This document shows positions 14,458 through 30,639 of a stretch of 64,000 nucleotides of DNA, in pieces. Under the pieces are notes generated by a model, which did not search any database, was not told where the DNA came from, and saw only the letters and a list, made by a program, of their open reading frames with translations. Numbering within the stretch: position 1 is the first letter of the stretch; the number at the start of each line of letters is the position of its first letter. The translations under genes and the position numbers were made by a program. The DNA is taken from the NCBI GenBank assembly GCA_951406725.2, contig OX597821.1:112034001-112098000 (forward strand), written 5' to 3'. The stretch comes from Octopus vulgaris (lineage: Eukaryota).

Positions 14458-14841
14458 TCTCTCTATATATAAACGGCAGTTTGTCTGTGCGTGTTTCTGT
14501 GTGTCTGTTTGCTTGTACCCTCACCCTGACCACGGCTTTCAACCGATTCTGATGAAACTTGACACACACATAGCCCAATGTCATAATTCAAAACTAACGC
14601 AGCGAAAATTTTGAAAAGTTCCCCCAGTTCTGAAAAAAATTGATAAATTCGACATGGGGTCGAGAATCAGAAACACAAACTGCAAACTGTCTAGGGGACG
14701 CAACTCCACCTTTTTTAACTCTCAAAAAAAATTTACCATCATTTTTTCCCATTTTTTTGCTATTTTTTGGCTATAACTCTCTAAAAATGCTTTATAGTTA
14801 TTTCCCTTACAAACCTGAGCAACGCCGGGCGATACTGCTAG
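14458..14841 (+). mobile_element. Non-autonomous Helitron
   Basis: A|TC 5' end (TCTCTCTATATATAAACGGC), subterminal hairpin CCTGAGCAACGCCGGG, 3' CTAG|T, and no TSD. Confidence 0.8.
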
Positions 14842-15639
14842 TATATATATACAGTGCTGTTTTATTCTTTTGTTTGGGCAAAAAAGCAAAATAGAAAGCT
14901 TTAAAATATCTGGTGGGGTTGGCAAGGTGGGAAACACCCCACAAGAGGGTTGACAAAGAGTATTTGTCAGGACGAGAGTTATACAACCTGTTGGGCTTGA
15001 GGGGGTGGGGAATTGGAGTTCAGTCATGACTAGTCTGGGAGCAAGACTATTCTAGACACAAAACATTAACTATTCAGGCTGAGAGAGGCCGACACTAAAT
15101 CATCTCATTTTCTGGAACAATCTATTAAAACAGATACAGATATAAACAATTATACACACATACATACATATACACACACATACATACGAGCATATGTGTT
15201 GTGTGTGTATATATATATATGCTTATCTATGTATCTGTTTGAATAGACTGTCCCAGAAAATGAGATGATTTATAGTAATAATATACATATATATATATAA
15301 ACATACATATACAGACATATATGCATACACATATATATGAGAGAAAGAGGGAGGGGAGATAGGAGAGAGGGAAAGGGAGGAGGAAGAGAGAGAAAGAAGG
15401 AGGAAGAGGTACAGGCATGGCTGTGAGGTCGAGAAGCTTACATTCCAACCATGTGGTTTTCAGTTCAGTCCTAACGGACACTATGGGAAGTGTTTTCTGC
15501 TAAAGCTCCAGCCTGGCCAATGCCCTGTGTGTGAATTTCGCAGGTGGAAACTATACAGAAGCCCACTAAGTACAACCATATGTACACACACACACACCAT
15601 GTCGCCTTCCATTCACTTCCAGAAACAGATACACTTTAA

Positions 15640-15900
15640 TTTACCTCAACACACACCCTTTTCCAATTTGACTCCCCAATAAAACAGTACTCCCCCCTAT
15701 TAGATTCTAACCCTTCACTTTCCTCTCATGTCTTCTCCTCACTTCTCATTTTCCTGTTTTTCTTTTCTTTTACACGTCCACTATGCTTCCCTATTTTCCC
15801 CTTCTTTTTTGATGAAGGACAAAAGTACGAAACGTTAAAACACTTTCTCCCTCCGAAGTGTTAAGCATCATATTTGTCAATCCTTGTGTTTCTTATGTTG
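15640..15900 (+). mobile_element. Pyrimidine-rich PLE-type remnant with a degenerate hammerhead at 15805-15840
   Basis: TTTT-TTGATGA-AGGACAAAAGTAC-GAAACGTT-AAAA; the downstream sequence resembles the 1375 and 41590 tails. Confidence 0.45.
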
Positions 15901-17452
15901 TGCTATTTACCTTTTTCCTTTTACTTGTCTCAGTCATTTGACTACAGCCATGCTGGAGCACTGCATTTAGTCGAATGAATCGACCGCAGGACTTATTCTT
16001 TGTATGCCTAGTATATATTTTATCAGTCTCTTTTGCCAAACCATTAAGTTACGGGGATGTAAACACACCAACATCGATTGTCAAGCGATGGTGGGGCAGA
16101 TAAACACAGACACACAAACATATACATATATATATATGCACAACGGGTTTCTTTCAGTTTCTGTCTATCAAATCCACTCACAAGGCTTTGGTTGGCTTGA
16201 GGCTATAGCAGAAGACACTTGCCCAAGGTGACAGGCAATGGAACTGAACCCAGAACCATGGGGTTGGGAAGCAAGCTTCTTACCCCACAGCTACAACACC
16301 TGCACATGTTCGTTATCTTTTCCTTGCTGCTGTTATCCCACTTTAATAAATGTTTTTCTCTGTAATACATAATTCCAAACTAATCATCATTAATCCACCA
16401 CCACCACCACCACCACCACGCCCCCCTCCCCGTCACCACCTTCTTATATTGCACTGTTACTATGTTTCTTTATTTACTTTTACAACTACGGGAGTTTCGA
16501 CTATAACAGCATACCCCTCTGTCTGTGTGTCCTGCTTGCCTTTTTTGACAACTTGGTCATAATTCACCAGACTGTGACACCTCCTCACTATCAATCAAAG
16601 CCAACCAGGGGCTGAATAGCAATAACAACAACCTCACCATTATATTATGCACACACACACACACACACACATGTATCAGATATGTACACATATCTATGCA
16701 TGCACAGCACAATCACACACACAGGTACAAGCTATATACACACATTCAAATATATATATCTATATGCATATATATACATATATGTATATATACATATGTA
16801 TATATATATATACACATATACATATGTATATGCATATACATACATATATATGTATATACATATATACATACATACATATATGTTTGAGTGAGTGTGTGTA
16901 AATATATATATATATACACATACACACATATGCATATATATATACATACATATACGTACGTATATACATTCACACACAGATATACACATATTGTCGCACC
17001 TCTACACACATATGCATCCACACATAATTACACACACACACACACACACAGACATATATATATTCCGTCCTCCTCACACACACACACACAAGCTTCTAAA
17101 TAAGTCGCCTCACCTTAACACCATATTTCATGTCATCATACAAAAACACGACATTCCTGTTATTAATGGTAACTTATTTCTATGACGTATTAACCGGCAC
17201 CGCTGCAACAAACATGTCTGGGTAAGTGCCGACATCATTCAAGACTCTCCACTAGCGGCAGACATCATCTTTCACATGTCTCAGTCATCAGACTGTGGCC
17301 ATGCTGGAGCACCGCCTTCACAAATTCTCAGTCGAAGGAATCAACCCCAGTACATATTTTTCTTTTTCACAAGACTGATACTTATTCTATCATTCTCTTT
17401 TGCTGAACTGCTAAGTTATGGGGACATAAACACACCAACACCGGTTGCCAAG

Positions 17453-17498
<46 letters not shown>

Positions 17499-18736
17499 CA
17501 GTGGTGCCCCAGCATAGCCGCGGCCTTCGAGCTAAAACATTTTAAAGGATTTAAGGATATATATATATATATATATACATACATATACATTATCATCAGC
17601 ATTTGTTTAACGTCCGCTGTCCATGCTGGCATGGGTTCAGTGGTTTGACTGAGGAGGCTGCACCAGGGTCCAGTCTGATCAGGCAAGGCTTCAACGGCTG
17701 AGCAGATTCAAGCTTGGTGCAGCCTCCTGGCTTGTCAGTCCTCAGTCAAACTGTCCAACCCATGCCAGCATGGAAAGCAGACGTTAAACGATGATGTTAT
17801 ACGTATATGTATATATATATATATATACATATACACACACACACATATATACATATACACACACACACACATATATATATATATACATATATCTATACAT
17901 GTTCATATATATATATTTATATACATACATACACATACATATATATGTATGTGTGTGTGTGTGTATACACACACACACACACATCCAAAAGGCAAGATAA
18001 TCTTTGATCTGACTAGATGTCTATTGATCCAGAACTGGCTCAGGGTTATACAAGCAATGAAATTACTAATCACGATGCCAACAGTAAAAACACCAAAACT
18101 GAGGAATGAGATTTTAACACCTATTTTTACTGATGTAAACAAAATAAAAACTCCACGATGCAAAAAGATGGATGCCTGGCAGAATAGACGGAGGGAACAA
18201 AAAAAAAAAAAAGGGGGGGGGGGGCAAAACAAAATAAGGGAACCAAGTGTAGCAGGCAACCGTTTCTCTTGGAATTCTGTTGACCTTTTAGTGCCAACAT
18301 CATCCCCTCATCTCTATAAAGTCACACATACCAAAATAAATAAGGGAAAATAAATAAATAAAGGAGTACAAACACCATGCGGAATTATATACATTTACAT
18401 AAGGGGCACGCAGCATATCCCTGCACCCGCTCCAATGTCCCTTCCACCTGCTGCCCTCTCTTGTACATAGATATATAAACACACACAAACACATACACAC
18501 GCAAAGGATGTATGTATGTCTGTACGTATGTAGATATGTGTGTATGTATGTATGTGTGTGTGAATGTATGTGCGTATATATGTATGTACGTATGTATGTA
18601 TGTATGTGCGTATGAATGTATATTTTTTTATGTATGTATGTATATGTTCATGTGTATGTGTGTATGTATGCATGTATGTGTGTCTATTTATATATACATA
18701 CACACATACATAATATACTCCTATTTATCTATCTAC

Positions 18737-18775
<39 letters not shown>

Positions 18776-19229
18776 CCTATCTGTCTATTTATCTATCTAT
18801 CTATCTACCTATCTGTCTCTCTGTCTATCTATCTATACTCTTTACTCTTTTACTCTTTTACTTGTTTCAGTCATTTGACTGCGGCCATGCTGGAGCACCA
18901 CCTTTTCTAGTACTTATTCTATCGGTCTCTTTTTGCCGAACCGCTAAGTGACGGGGACCTAAACACACCAGCATCGGTTGTCAAGCAATGCTAGGGGGAC
19001 AAACACAGACACACAAACACATGCATACATATATATATACATATATACGACAGGCTTCTTTCAGTTTCCGTCTACCAAATCCACTCACAAGGCATTGGTC
19101 GGCCTGAGGCTATAGCAGAAGACACTTGCCCAAGATGCCACGCAGTGGGACTGAACCCGCAACCGTGTGGTTGGTTAGCAAGCTACTTACCACACAGCCA
19201 CTCCTGCGCCTATCTATCTATTTATCTAT

Positions 19230-19299
<70 letters not shown>

Positions 19300-21682
19300 A
19301 CACACATAAATACCTATATATATGTATGCATGCATGCATATACATCTATTTATCTATATTACTTATTACACACACTCACACACAATCATACACACACATA
19401 TATTGGTAGATAGATACACATATAAGCACACAAATATACATGCATACGCATACAGAGAAGCACACAAACACACACACAAAAAACACATTTTTTTTTTCTC
19501 TTCCCCGCCAAAAATATAACTCTTTTAAGCTAACAACATATGGTTTAAATGTCAAATGTCTGGAACCCAGAATTTATCTCAGAACTATTCCAGTTCCCTC
19601 TTCTTTCGCTTGAGACTCTTGTAGTTACAATTTTAGATTCAAGCAAAGCAAATCTTTTTTATTTTTCTCTGAACTAATCATAGAACATTGTGCGTGTGTG
19701 TGTGTGTGTGTGTGCACTGCCATGAACACGTGGGGTTTTTTCTTTGACGATGTAGCTTCAATGGTAATCCTGGTTAAAGATAAAGTTTCAATATGATGGA
19801 GCCCCCAATTTTTTTTTCTATTCTCCCACCCACTGAAATACAGACTACGTAAAGAAACCATGTAAAAACCGTGGCTGTGTGGTAAGAAGCTTGCTTCCCA
19901 ACCACATGGTTCCGGGTTCAGTCCCACTGTGTGGCACCCTGGGCAATACACACACACACACACACATGTACACATGTGTGTGTGTGTGCATGGGTGTCTA
20001 TGTTTATTGACACGGGTGTGTTGGTTAGAAGCTTGCATTGTAACCATTCAGGTTCAGTTCCATTGCACAGCATCTCGGGCCAATGCCTAGTCAGTGAATC
20101 TGGGAGATAGAAACTGTGAGGAAGCCCTATTGCTCATTGTGTGTGTATCTTTGTTTGTCTCCCATCACTACTCGACAATTGGAGAGTCGCAGCTCTCTCA
20201 ACAACAACAACAACAACAACAATGATTTCAAATTTTTGCCATAAGAGTAACATGGGGAAGGTGGGGATGAGTTGATTACATCGACCCCAGTGTTCAACTG
20301 GTACTTATTTTATCGACCCTAAAAGGACGAAAGGCAAAGACGACCTCAGCGGACTTAATAATAATAACAATAATAATTCTTTGTACTGGAGGCACAAGGC
20401 CATAACTTAGTGGTTCAGCAAAAGAGACTGATAGAATAAGTACCAAACTACAGCTAAAAATTCTTTAAGGCACTGCTCCAGCATGGCCACAGTGTAATGA
20501 CTAAAACTAAAAGAGACACATATTTATAAATTGGTTTTTCAGCAAATTTACTGTCCTTTTCATCGCCAACATAACCACCATCGCTGCCGCCGTCGTCATC
20601 ATCATCATCTTCATCATCATCATCATCATCATCATCAAAGTGTTGATCTGCGGCAGAATTGTTAGAATGCTGGGCAAAATGCTTCATGGGATTTTAACCA
20701 TCTTCACGTTCTGAGTTCAAATTCGTTTCATCTTTGCGGGGTCAATAAATTAAGTACCAGCTGAGTACTGGGGTCGATGTAATTGACTTACCCATTCCCC
20801 CAAAATTTCAGGCCTTGTAGAAAGGATTATTTCAGGCATTGTAGAAAGGCCCAGTAGAAAGGATTATTATTATTATTATTATTATTATAATATTATTATT
20901 ATTATTATCATTATTATTATTGTTGTTGTTGTTCTTGTTGTTGAGTGAGAGAGCAGTGCATGCCATCAAAGTGACACTGGGGTACAAATATACGAAGCCC
21001 AATATCCCCACCATGACTACCCATCTGATAAGGGTGCACCAGGGCCTTCATCTCATGTCCATTTGACAAGTAAAACAAATCACCACCACCACCACTACCA
21101 CCACCACCACAGTCATCATAATCATCATCATCATCATCAACACCATCACCATCACAGTTAATGTTAATTTTATACCCCACCCGGGCCACCACCACCACCA
21201 CCGCCGCCACCACCACCACCTTCGCATAATATGTCAATCCTTGAGACAAGCAACCAAAGCAACAGTTTATCTGTTGTAAATCTAGAACTCTAAAGAAGAT
21301 TGCAGCCAAGGTAGACTGTTACATGTTTATATTGCAGGGAGATGGGGGGGGGGGGAAAGAAAAAAAAAACAAAAAACAAGAAAACAAAAGCAAAAACTGA
21401 AACAGAGCGAGTAGTTGTAGTGAGAGGTAACCTTGCATGGAGGTGGGAGGAGAGACCTCTAAGGTAGGTATTCATTGTAATAATCCCACCTGCAATGGCC
21501 AGTACGGGTGTATATAAAAGATATATATATATATATACATATATATACACACACACATATATATATACATATATACACATATATATATATACATATATAT
21601 ATACACACATATATATATATACATATATACACACATATATATATACATATATACACATATATATATATATATACATATATAT

Positions 21683-21740
<58 letters not shown>

Positions 21741-23330
21741 GTTTGTATTTGTGCACATGTGTATACACGTGCATCTGTGTGTATGTATATATATATATAT
21801 ATACACATATCTATAAACACTCACACACACACTCAGAGATGTATATGTATGTATATACACAAACGTACATCTGCACACACAGTAACACACCTACACACAC
21901 TTACACACACACATACATATATATATACAAATACATGTTCAGTCATTGGAATACATATACACATGCATACATAAATACACACATCATATACATACACACA
22001 CACACCGGACGTTAAACAATGATGATGATGATGATACAGGCACTAGAATACATACATACATACATACATACACACACACAAATGTACATGTATATGTAAA
22101 TATATATATATATACATATATACATATACACATAATGGAAATTAAATGACATAAATCAACTCTCAGACAACTTCGAGTTAGCAGACAACAGTTACATAAC
22201 ACACACACACGCATGCACACACACTATACACACACCATATATATACATACACACACACACACATATACACACACACACGCTGCTCACACACTAAATAGAT
22301 GTTTGAATTCTTTCTCAGTCTAGCCACTGTGATCCAATGAAGAGGGGAGGAATCACCTCAGGGGACTAAACTAAAATCAGCCAATCAGAATAAAGAACAA
22401 CACTGAACCCCCCCCCCATTCCCCACTTTCTCTCTATCTCTCTGCCCCTGCCCTGCCCTGCCCCACACCGTCTGTACATTCATGTGTATTGTGTGGCTCA
22501 CACACACACACACACACACACACACATGCATACAGGCACACACATATACACACATCTGATATGGCTACTTTATGTATATGTTATGTATATATATGCTTGC
22601 CCACAGACAAGTACATATATAAATACACACACATACACACACACACTCACACATATACACTCACTCACACATACACACACTCACTCACACACACGTGCAC
22701 TCACTCACACACATAGATACACACACACACATGCACTCATACACATACTTGCACACACACACTTACACACATGTGGTTATTCTATGTGTATAGCTTTTAT
22801 CTTTCACTTGTTTCAGTAATTAGACTATGGCCATGCTGGAGCACAACCTTGTAGACTCTTAGTTGAATGAATCGACCCCAGGACTCCTTTCTTTTTTGGT
22901 ATTTGTTCTATCAGTCTCTTTTGCAGAACCACAATGTTACAGGGATGAAAACACACCAACACCGGTTGTCACGTGCATATATATGTATATATAACTTTTC
23001 TACTCTAGGCACAAGGCCTGACATTTTTGGAGAGGGGTGTCAGTTGATTTGATCGACCCCAGTACGCAACTGGTACTTAATTCAATGACCCCGAAAGGAA
23101 GAAAGGCAAAATCAACCTCAGCGGAATTTGAACTCAGAACATAAAGACAGACAATATATATATATACACACACACACACGATGGGCTTCTTTCAGTTTCC
23201 ATCTACCAAATCAACTCTCAATGCCTTGGTTTACCTGAGGCTGTAATAGAAGACTGTAATCCAAGGTGCCACTCAGTGGGATTGAACCCAGAACCATGTA
23301 TACAATATGTATACAATATGTGTGTGTGTG

Positions 23331-23391
<61 letters not shown>

Positions 23392-24043
23392 GCGTCTTTG
23401 TGTAAATGTGACTGTGTGTGTATGTTTCTGAATATTCATGTATAAACACACATATTTACACACATACATATCTACATATATACACATACATATGCATACA
23501 CGCATATAGATATGTATTTATACCTAAATGTATAATACACACATGTATTTGCATTTACACACACACACACATATGTATATACAAATACATATACACATGT
23601 ATATATATATATTTATTTACATGCCTATAGATATACACACACGTATATATATATACACACACACACACACAGACAAACATATGCTTATACACCCACACAC
23701 ATGCTATACATCACACAGTCACATATATGATTGCAAACATATACATACATAAACACACACACACACACACACACAAATACCAAATCTGTTGACCATTGCA
23801 TGAATATGTACGACAGTGCGTATATAAATACATGCGTATGTTTATAGAGAGATCCACTTATGCATGTGTCCAAACGGAATGGATATTTTATGCATATGGA
23901 TGCACGTTAATGCACATAGGAACATTGCCACACATGTATATTAGCTATTCTGCACATGCATATATCTGGTTCACACACACACAATGGCCATTTTGATGCA
24001 CATCTGCTTGTCAATGCATAGATATAAAAAATACATATATAAT

Positions 24044-24426
24044 AGTGCAGGAGTGGCTGTGTGGTAAGTAGCTTGCTTACCAACCACATGGTTCTGGGTT
24101 CAGTCCCACTGCATGGCACCTTGGGCAAGTGTCTTCTACTATAGCCTCGGGCCGACCAAAGCCTTGTGAGTGGATTTGGCAGACGGAAACTGAAAGAAGC
24201 CCGTCGTATATATGAGTGTGTATGTTTGTGTCTGTGCTTGTCCCCCACAACATCGCTTGACAACCAATGCTACTGTGTTTACGTCCCCGTAACTTAGTGG
24301 TTCGGCAAAAGAGACTGATAGAATAAGTACTAGGCCTACAAAGAATAAGTCCCGGTGTTGATTTGCTTGACTAAAGGCGGTGCTCCAGCATGGCCGCAGT
24401 CAAATGACTGAAACAGGTAAAAGAGT
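24044..24426 (+). mobile_element. tRNA-derived SINE family B, full copy
   Basis: GGAGTGGCTGTGTGGTAAG A box, GGTTCAGTCCC B box, CORE-like CCTTGGGCAAGTG, an internal TA/TG microsatellite and tail GACTGAAACAAGTAAAAGAG. Many relatives, for example 11172, 11530, 15915, 18850, 40002 and 51290. Confidence 0.85.
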
Positions 24427-24643
24427 AATATGTGTAAGTGTGTATATAAATGTGTGTGTGTGTGTATGTATGATTCTGAATATGCAGGTATATATACACA
24501 TATCTACACACACACATGCATATGTACATGCACGTAAACATATATATACACATATACACACACACTGACCATTTTGATGTATGTATATGCTTGTCAATGC
24601 ATAAATATATATAAATAATAGGTATACAATATGTGTGTGTGTG

Positions 24644-24686
<43 letters not shown>

Positions 24687-25339
24687 GCGTCTTTGTGTAA
24701 ATGTGTCTGTATGTTCTGAATATACATGTATAAACACACATATCTACACACATGCACGTATGCATATGTATCTACACATACATATCCACATATATACACA
24801 TACATATGCATACATGCGTATAGATATGTATTTATACATAAATGTATAATACACACATGTATTTGCATTTACACACACACACACACACATATGTATATAC
24901 AAATACATATACACATATATATATATATATATATATATATTTTTGCATACATGCCTATAGATATACACACACGTATATACACACACACACACACACGCAC
25001 ACAAACATATGCTTATACACCCACACACATGCCTATACATCATTGAAGACATACATACACCCCTACCACCACCACCACCGCCTGCCACACAGACATACAT
25101 AATACAGACAACACTCACGGACAGACAGACAGACAGACAGCTAGACAGATGGTAACTGGTCTTTTTCTTTTAGCTTCTTAACAGGGGCAGCTGCTCTCTG
25201 CCAACGCAGCCCCAGAATAGTACAATTTGAAACAATACCATTCCGAAAGGTAGCACCAGGATTTGGCTGTTGTAAAACCTTCCTTCCTTCTTCTTTCTTC
25301 ATTTGTCTGTCCATACGTGTGTGTGTGTATGTATGTATG

Positions 25340-25370
<31 letters not shown>

Positions 25371-25686
25371 ATATGGCTCAATAGTTGTTGATTTTTTTTC
25401 AGGTGGGGGTGGAATAGAAAGGGGGGGAAAAAAAAAAAGAAGACTTTTATCATTAAAAACTGCAACAAGGATATCATTGAACAGAACAGCTGAAACTCAA
25501 AGCTATTTTGCTTACAAAGATAAACCATTTGTGATTAGGTCTTCTTTCCTCACACACACCGTTTTTCTCTCGCTCTCTCTCTCTCTCTCACTTTTGCTAC
25601 TAAATTCTTATAGGAGAAGAAAGCAACCAATATATATATGTGTGTGTGTGTGTATATATATATATGTGTGTGTGTGTATGCATATA

Positions 25687-25757
<71 letters not shown>

Positions 25758-25885
25758 GTGTTAGTGTGTGTGAATATTTATGTATAATTGTACATGTACA
25801 CAGACACACACATACATATATACATATATATATATATGTATGTATATATACATATATACACATATATACATACATATACATATAT

Positions 25886-25940
<55 letters not shown>

Positions 25941-25957
25941 CATACATATACATATAT

Positions 25958-25988
<31 letters not shown>

Positions 25989-26338
25989 CATACATATATA
26001 AGTGTATATACGTATATGCATGTATATGTTTTTCTTATGTATACATATATTAACAAGTATATACGTGTATGTGTGTATGTAGACATACACGAACTCAGAT
26101 AAAATCCCATTAATTTATGGGGAGTTGTTAACGAATGTGGGTTTAAAAAAAAAAAAAAGAGAAAATAAGCAAAAACAAACAAAAGAGCAGCGGAATTCTT
26201 TGCTTCACTTCTCTGAATTATACATTGGGAAGTTGTGTTAGGATGTGTTTATCTAAAGAAATATGTGCACCTATGGATCACAAGCATTTTACGTCGTCAT
26301 CATCATCGTCAGTCATCATCGTCAGCCATCATCATCGG

Positions 26339-26404
<66 letters not shown>

Positions 26405-28542
26405 ACATCAACATTGTTTTAAGGCTCATTTTTCCTACTTGGACTGAGTTTATTGAGGCAGAGATTTTTCTGCAGCTGGATGCCTTTCCTCTCGCCAACC
26501 TTCAACTGTTTTCTAAGTAAAGTAATGTTGCCCCATGGCCAGATATGTTTTCCCAAGAAGATTAGAAACGATGTTCACAGCTTGTATCACAGTGACCATC
26601 TACCTGCAACAATTATGTGATGTCAAAGCAAGGACACGCACTCACACACACGTGACAGGCTTCTTTCAATCTCCAACTACCAAATCTACTCACAAGGCTT
26701 TGGTCAGCCCGAGGCTATAGTAGAAGAGACTTGCCCAAGGTGAAGATACATGGCTTAGTGGTCAAGGTGCTGCACTCATGATTGTGAGATCGTGGGTTCA
26801 ATTCCCAGACTGGGAATTTCACATTGTTCTGCAATCATTTCAACATCTGACATGTGGCACTTGTTGCACCTGTACAGGTAATCTGATGGAGGGAGTGAGC
26901 TTATGTCTACACAAGCATTTGATCACTATAAACAAATCTTCTGTGTGGTTGTTCAGTGAGAAATTGTCAAATCCTCAGGCATTGTCTAACGACAGGAGAA
27001 TCCATTATATGTATATATTATTGTGTTCAGGTAGGGTCATTCTGTTTTAATGTCTTATTTCTTAACACACTCACTGGTTCAATTTCCACTCATTTATTTT
27101 TTCAAAAAATTTCGTTGTGTCATGCAACCTCTTCAATAGTCATTGACTCTCTCACACGAATTCACATTAAGAACCTTGCATACCAAACGCAAAAACTAAA
27201 TATACTAAATTAATTAGAGGATATGTTAACCTCATGAAAGGATGGTTGCATCTAAGGAGTTACAGGTTCAATATCTAGTATTGTTGGGGAATGAAATGCT
27301 CTTGAGACAATAGGTATTATTTAGCATATGGTTTATATCCAGTTAAAAGAAGATAGAAAATGAAGATAAGGAAGTTAATTATTTATTATTAACAAATTGC
27401 ACCTTTGCTTCTTACAGCCGTTTCAATTAATGCTCAATAATTTAATTACAAATTTGAACATTAAATTTGCATTTATGTGACATGAGCATAATTTCAGAGA
27501 AATGTTGAGATGTATGTTATATGTGGACCTGTCAAATTCATTTTGGTACACTTATACATATATATACATACATACATACATATATACATTTGCGGTATAT
27601 GCAGTAATTTTGTTCCTCTCCACTTGACAATCAGTTTTGGCTTTGTTTATGTCCCTGTAACTTAGCAGTTTGGCAAAAATGATTGATAGAATAAGTACCA
27701 GACTTTGAAAACAAGTACTTGCATGGATTCATTTGACTAAAAACCCCTCAAGGCAATGCTCCAGTATGGCCACGGTTGAATGATTGAAGCTAGTAAATGA
27801 TATTATTAGTTACCTGCCACCATGCTTACATTGTACCGATTCAGGCTTTTCTTTTGTCAGCCATGTTTTTGTCTATACACACACACACACACACACGCAC
27901 ACACGATGGGCTTCTTCTAGTTTCCGACAACCAAATCCACTCACAAGGCTTCGGACAGCCCAAGGCTGTAGTAGAAAACACTTGCCCATGGTGCCATGCT
28001 GTGAGACCGAACCTGGAACCATGTGGCTTGAAGGCCAGCTTCTTACCGCACAACCATGCATATATATTCCATACAGCTAAACCACACATACCACAAAAAG
28101 AAACAAACACTCACACAATACAGAAACTGTGTATATATATATTTTCTGAATACCTACACACGCTCCGAAATATCAATTCCTTTTTGATATTAATTACGCC
28201 AGTTTACTCTAAAAAAATACACTTGAAATCAATAACTCCATTGCATTTAGGTTTTTATTATTGTTGTTACCAAAATATCAAGAGTTGGCATCGTTTCATT
28301 ACTAACAATCTCATAGATTTAGCTTCCAGCACAGTGATGAACAGAATTAGCTAAGCATCTTGTGAACTTCCTGTAGAAGCTATCTACTTTCCGCAGACTT
28401 GATTGCAAAGTTGCAAACACAGAGCTTAACTTGTCGATTAGTTAAGTCGACGGTCTTGATTGTAAAGTTACAAGTTTACAGACTTTTATGCCAGTTATTA
28501 TAGAATAATAATAATAAAAATGATAATGATGATGATGATGTT

Positions 28543-28870
28543 AAGGAAGGTGGAAAAAAATAGACATATACAACCCTCTTAAGTATGAAATAGTCCAGTT
28601 ATGGAAAATAAAGAAGGCGAAGATAGTGCCAATTATTGTTGAGTCCTTGGGGACAGTATCAGAAGGTATCGAGAGAAATATAAAGGAAATTGGAATAGAA
28701 TGCCCAGTAGAACTGTTAGAAAAAGGTTTGCTTCCTTGGCACAGCTAGAATCATAAGGAAAGTGTTAGATAGTTGAAGAGAACAGAAAGCATGGTACCAT
28801 AGTCTGCAGGCAGCATGTCTGTTACACATGTAAGACTCCAGGAGTTCGAAAAAAACCTGAGTTAAAAATA
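28543..28870 (+). mobile_element. 3' fragment of an R4/Dong-clade (restriction-like endonuclease) non-LTR retrotransposon
   Basis: With 1-bp slips in A-runs it translates as EKIDIYNPLKYEIVQLWKIKKAKIVPIIVESLGTVSEGIERNIKEIGIECPVELLEKVCFLGTARIIRKVLDS* (TGA at 28774-28776). This matches the EKxxKYxxL...VPVxxGALG...LGTARILRKVL tail. It lies among (AAT)n/(GAT)n, consistent with Dong targeting. Confidence 0.85.
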
Positions 28871-28961
28871 ATGGTCAATTAATGTTTACAACAAGTGTCT
28901 TTGCCCTAGGTGTCGGGAAGGCACTTGGCAAGAAATGGAAACCAAATTAAAAGTAAAACAC

Positions 28962-28994
<33 letters not shown>

Positions 28995-30210
28995 AATAAT
29001 TCTTTGTACTATAGTATTTGACTGACACTTATTTGAGGGGAAGGGGCTAGTTGATTGCATGACCTCTGAGCTTAACTGGTATTTACTTTATCAACCCCAA
29101 AGGGTGAAAGACAAAGTTGACCTCAGCAGAATTTGAACTCAGAATAGTTATGATGATGACAATAATAATAATAATAATAATAACAATGATGTTGTTATCA
29201 TTCAATGTCTCCTTCTCCATGTTTGCATGTGTTGGCTGGAATTCATAGACAGATTTTCTATGGCTTGATGGCCGACCTACCAACACCCCTCACCTGTTTC
29301 CAAGTGAGGTAATATTTTCCCATGTCCAGACATTTTTCATAGAAAACTGAAATGAGCTTCCTTGAGTGGAATGGTGATATTTGCTTGCATCCGTCTTGTG
29401 ATTCTGAGACAAAGGTACATGCAAACATGCAATATATATGAAGGTAAGTCAATAATTATCTGCACTTTCGCCATAACATCATCATCATCATCGTTTAATA
29501 TTCGTTTTCCATGCTAGCATGGGTTGGATGGTTCGATCGGGGTCTGGGAAGCCAGAAGGCTGCACCAGGCTCCAGTCTGATCTGGCAGTGTTTCTACAGC
29601 TGGATGCCCTTCCTAACGCCAACCACTCCGTAAGCGTAGTAGGTGCTTTTTACGTGCCACTGGCACAGGTGCTAGGGGAGGCTGGCAATGGCCACGATCG
29701 GTTGGTGCTTTTTACGTGCCACCGGCACGGAAGCCAGTCAAGGTGGTGCTGGCATTGACCACACATGGATGGTGCTTTTTACGTGCCAAACCCGCTTACA
29801 AAATTCTTTTCTGATTTGCTCAAGGTGCCACGCAATGGGACTGAACCCAAAATCCCATTATTATGGAGCAAGCTCTTTTACCATTCAGCCATACCTGCAC
29901 TGATATTTCACACTGTTGCTAACCAAATCGTTTGAATACTTCAAGGATGATAATATTCTAACCAAACTTGCAGCTGGTTACTTAACAGACTTAGAAACAA
30001 ACTTCACTAATTAACAAACGTACCTCTAATTATATGTTCCAGACAATTCATTTACTCATAACTATTTTGGTAATTCCTGAGACTTAATTGCCAATAAATG
30101 TTAATATGCTGCAATTTAAATACAAAACATTCCTTCCTCATTGAATTCTGAATAAAAGAATGCAAATCAAACGAAGAATGAATTCTTTAACTGGTTTGAA
30201 GTTGGGACAC

Positions 30211-30590
30211 TCTCTTTTACTTGTTTCACTCATTTGACTGCAGCCATGCTGGAGCACTGCTTTTAGTCGAGAAAATTGATCCCAGGACTTATTCTTTGTA
30301 AGCCTAGTACTTATTCTATCGGTCTCTTTTGCCGAACCGCTAAGTTACAGGGACGTAAACACACCAGCATCGGTTGTCGAGCGATGTTGGGGGGACAAAT
30401 ACAGACACACAAACACACTCATATATATATATATGTGACGGGCTTCTTTAAGTTTCCGTCTACCAAATCCACTCACAAAGCTTTGGTTGGCCCGAGGCTA
30501 TAGTAGAAGACACTTGCCCAAGGTGCCACGCAGTGGAACTGAACTCAGAACTATGTGGTTGGTAAGCAAGCTACTTACCACACAGCCACT
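30211..30590 (-). mobile_element. SINE family B, near-full copy
   Basis: Reverse complement of the 24044 copy. Confidence 0.85.
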
Positions 30591-30639
30591 CAAGTTGACC
30601 AATTCTTTATTTCCAGAAGTTGTTTTAGGGGTTAGGGGA

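Noticed and set aside
14549-14565. CTGATGAAAC as a hammerhead core
   Set aside because: There is no stem II or stem I; it is part of the Helitron interior.
16446-16465. TATTGCAC miR-92 seed match
   Set aside because: The rest of the mature sequence does not match and no hairpin is evident.
28310-28445. Minus-strand LIDKL peptide similar to glypican IIDKL
   Set aside because: An in-frame stop lies immediately upstream and no splice sites support it.
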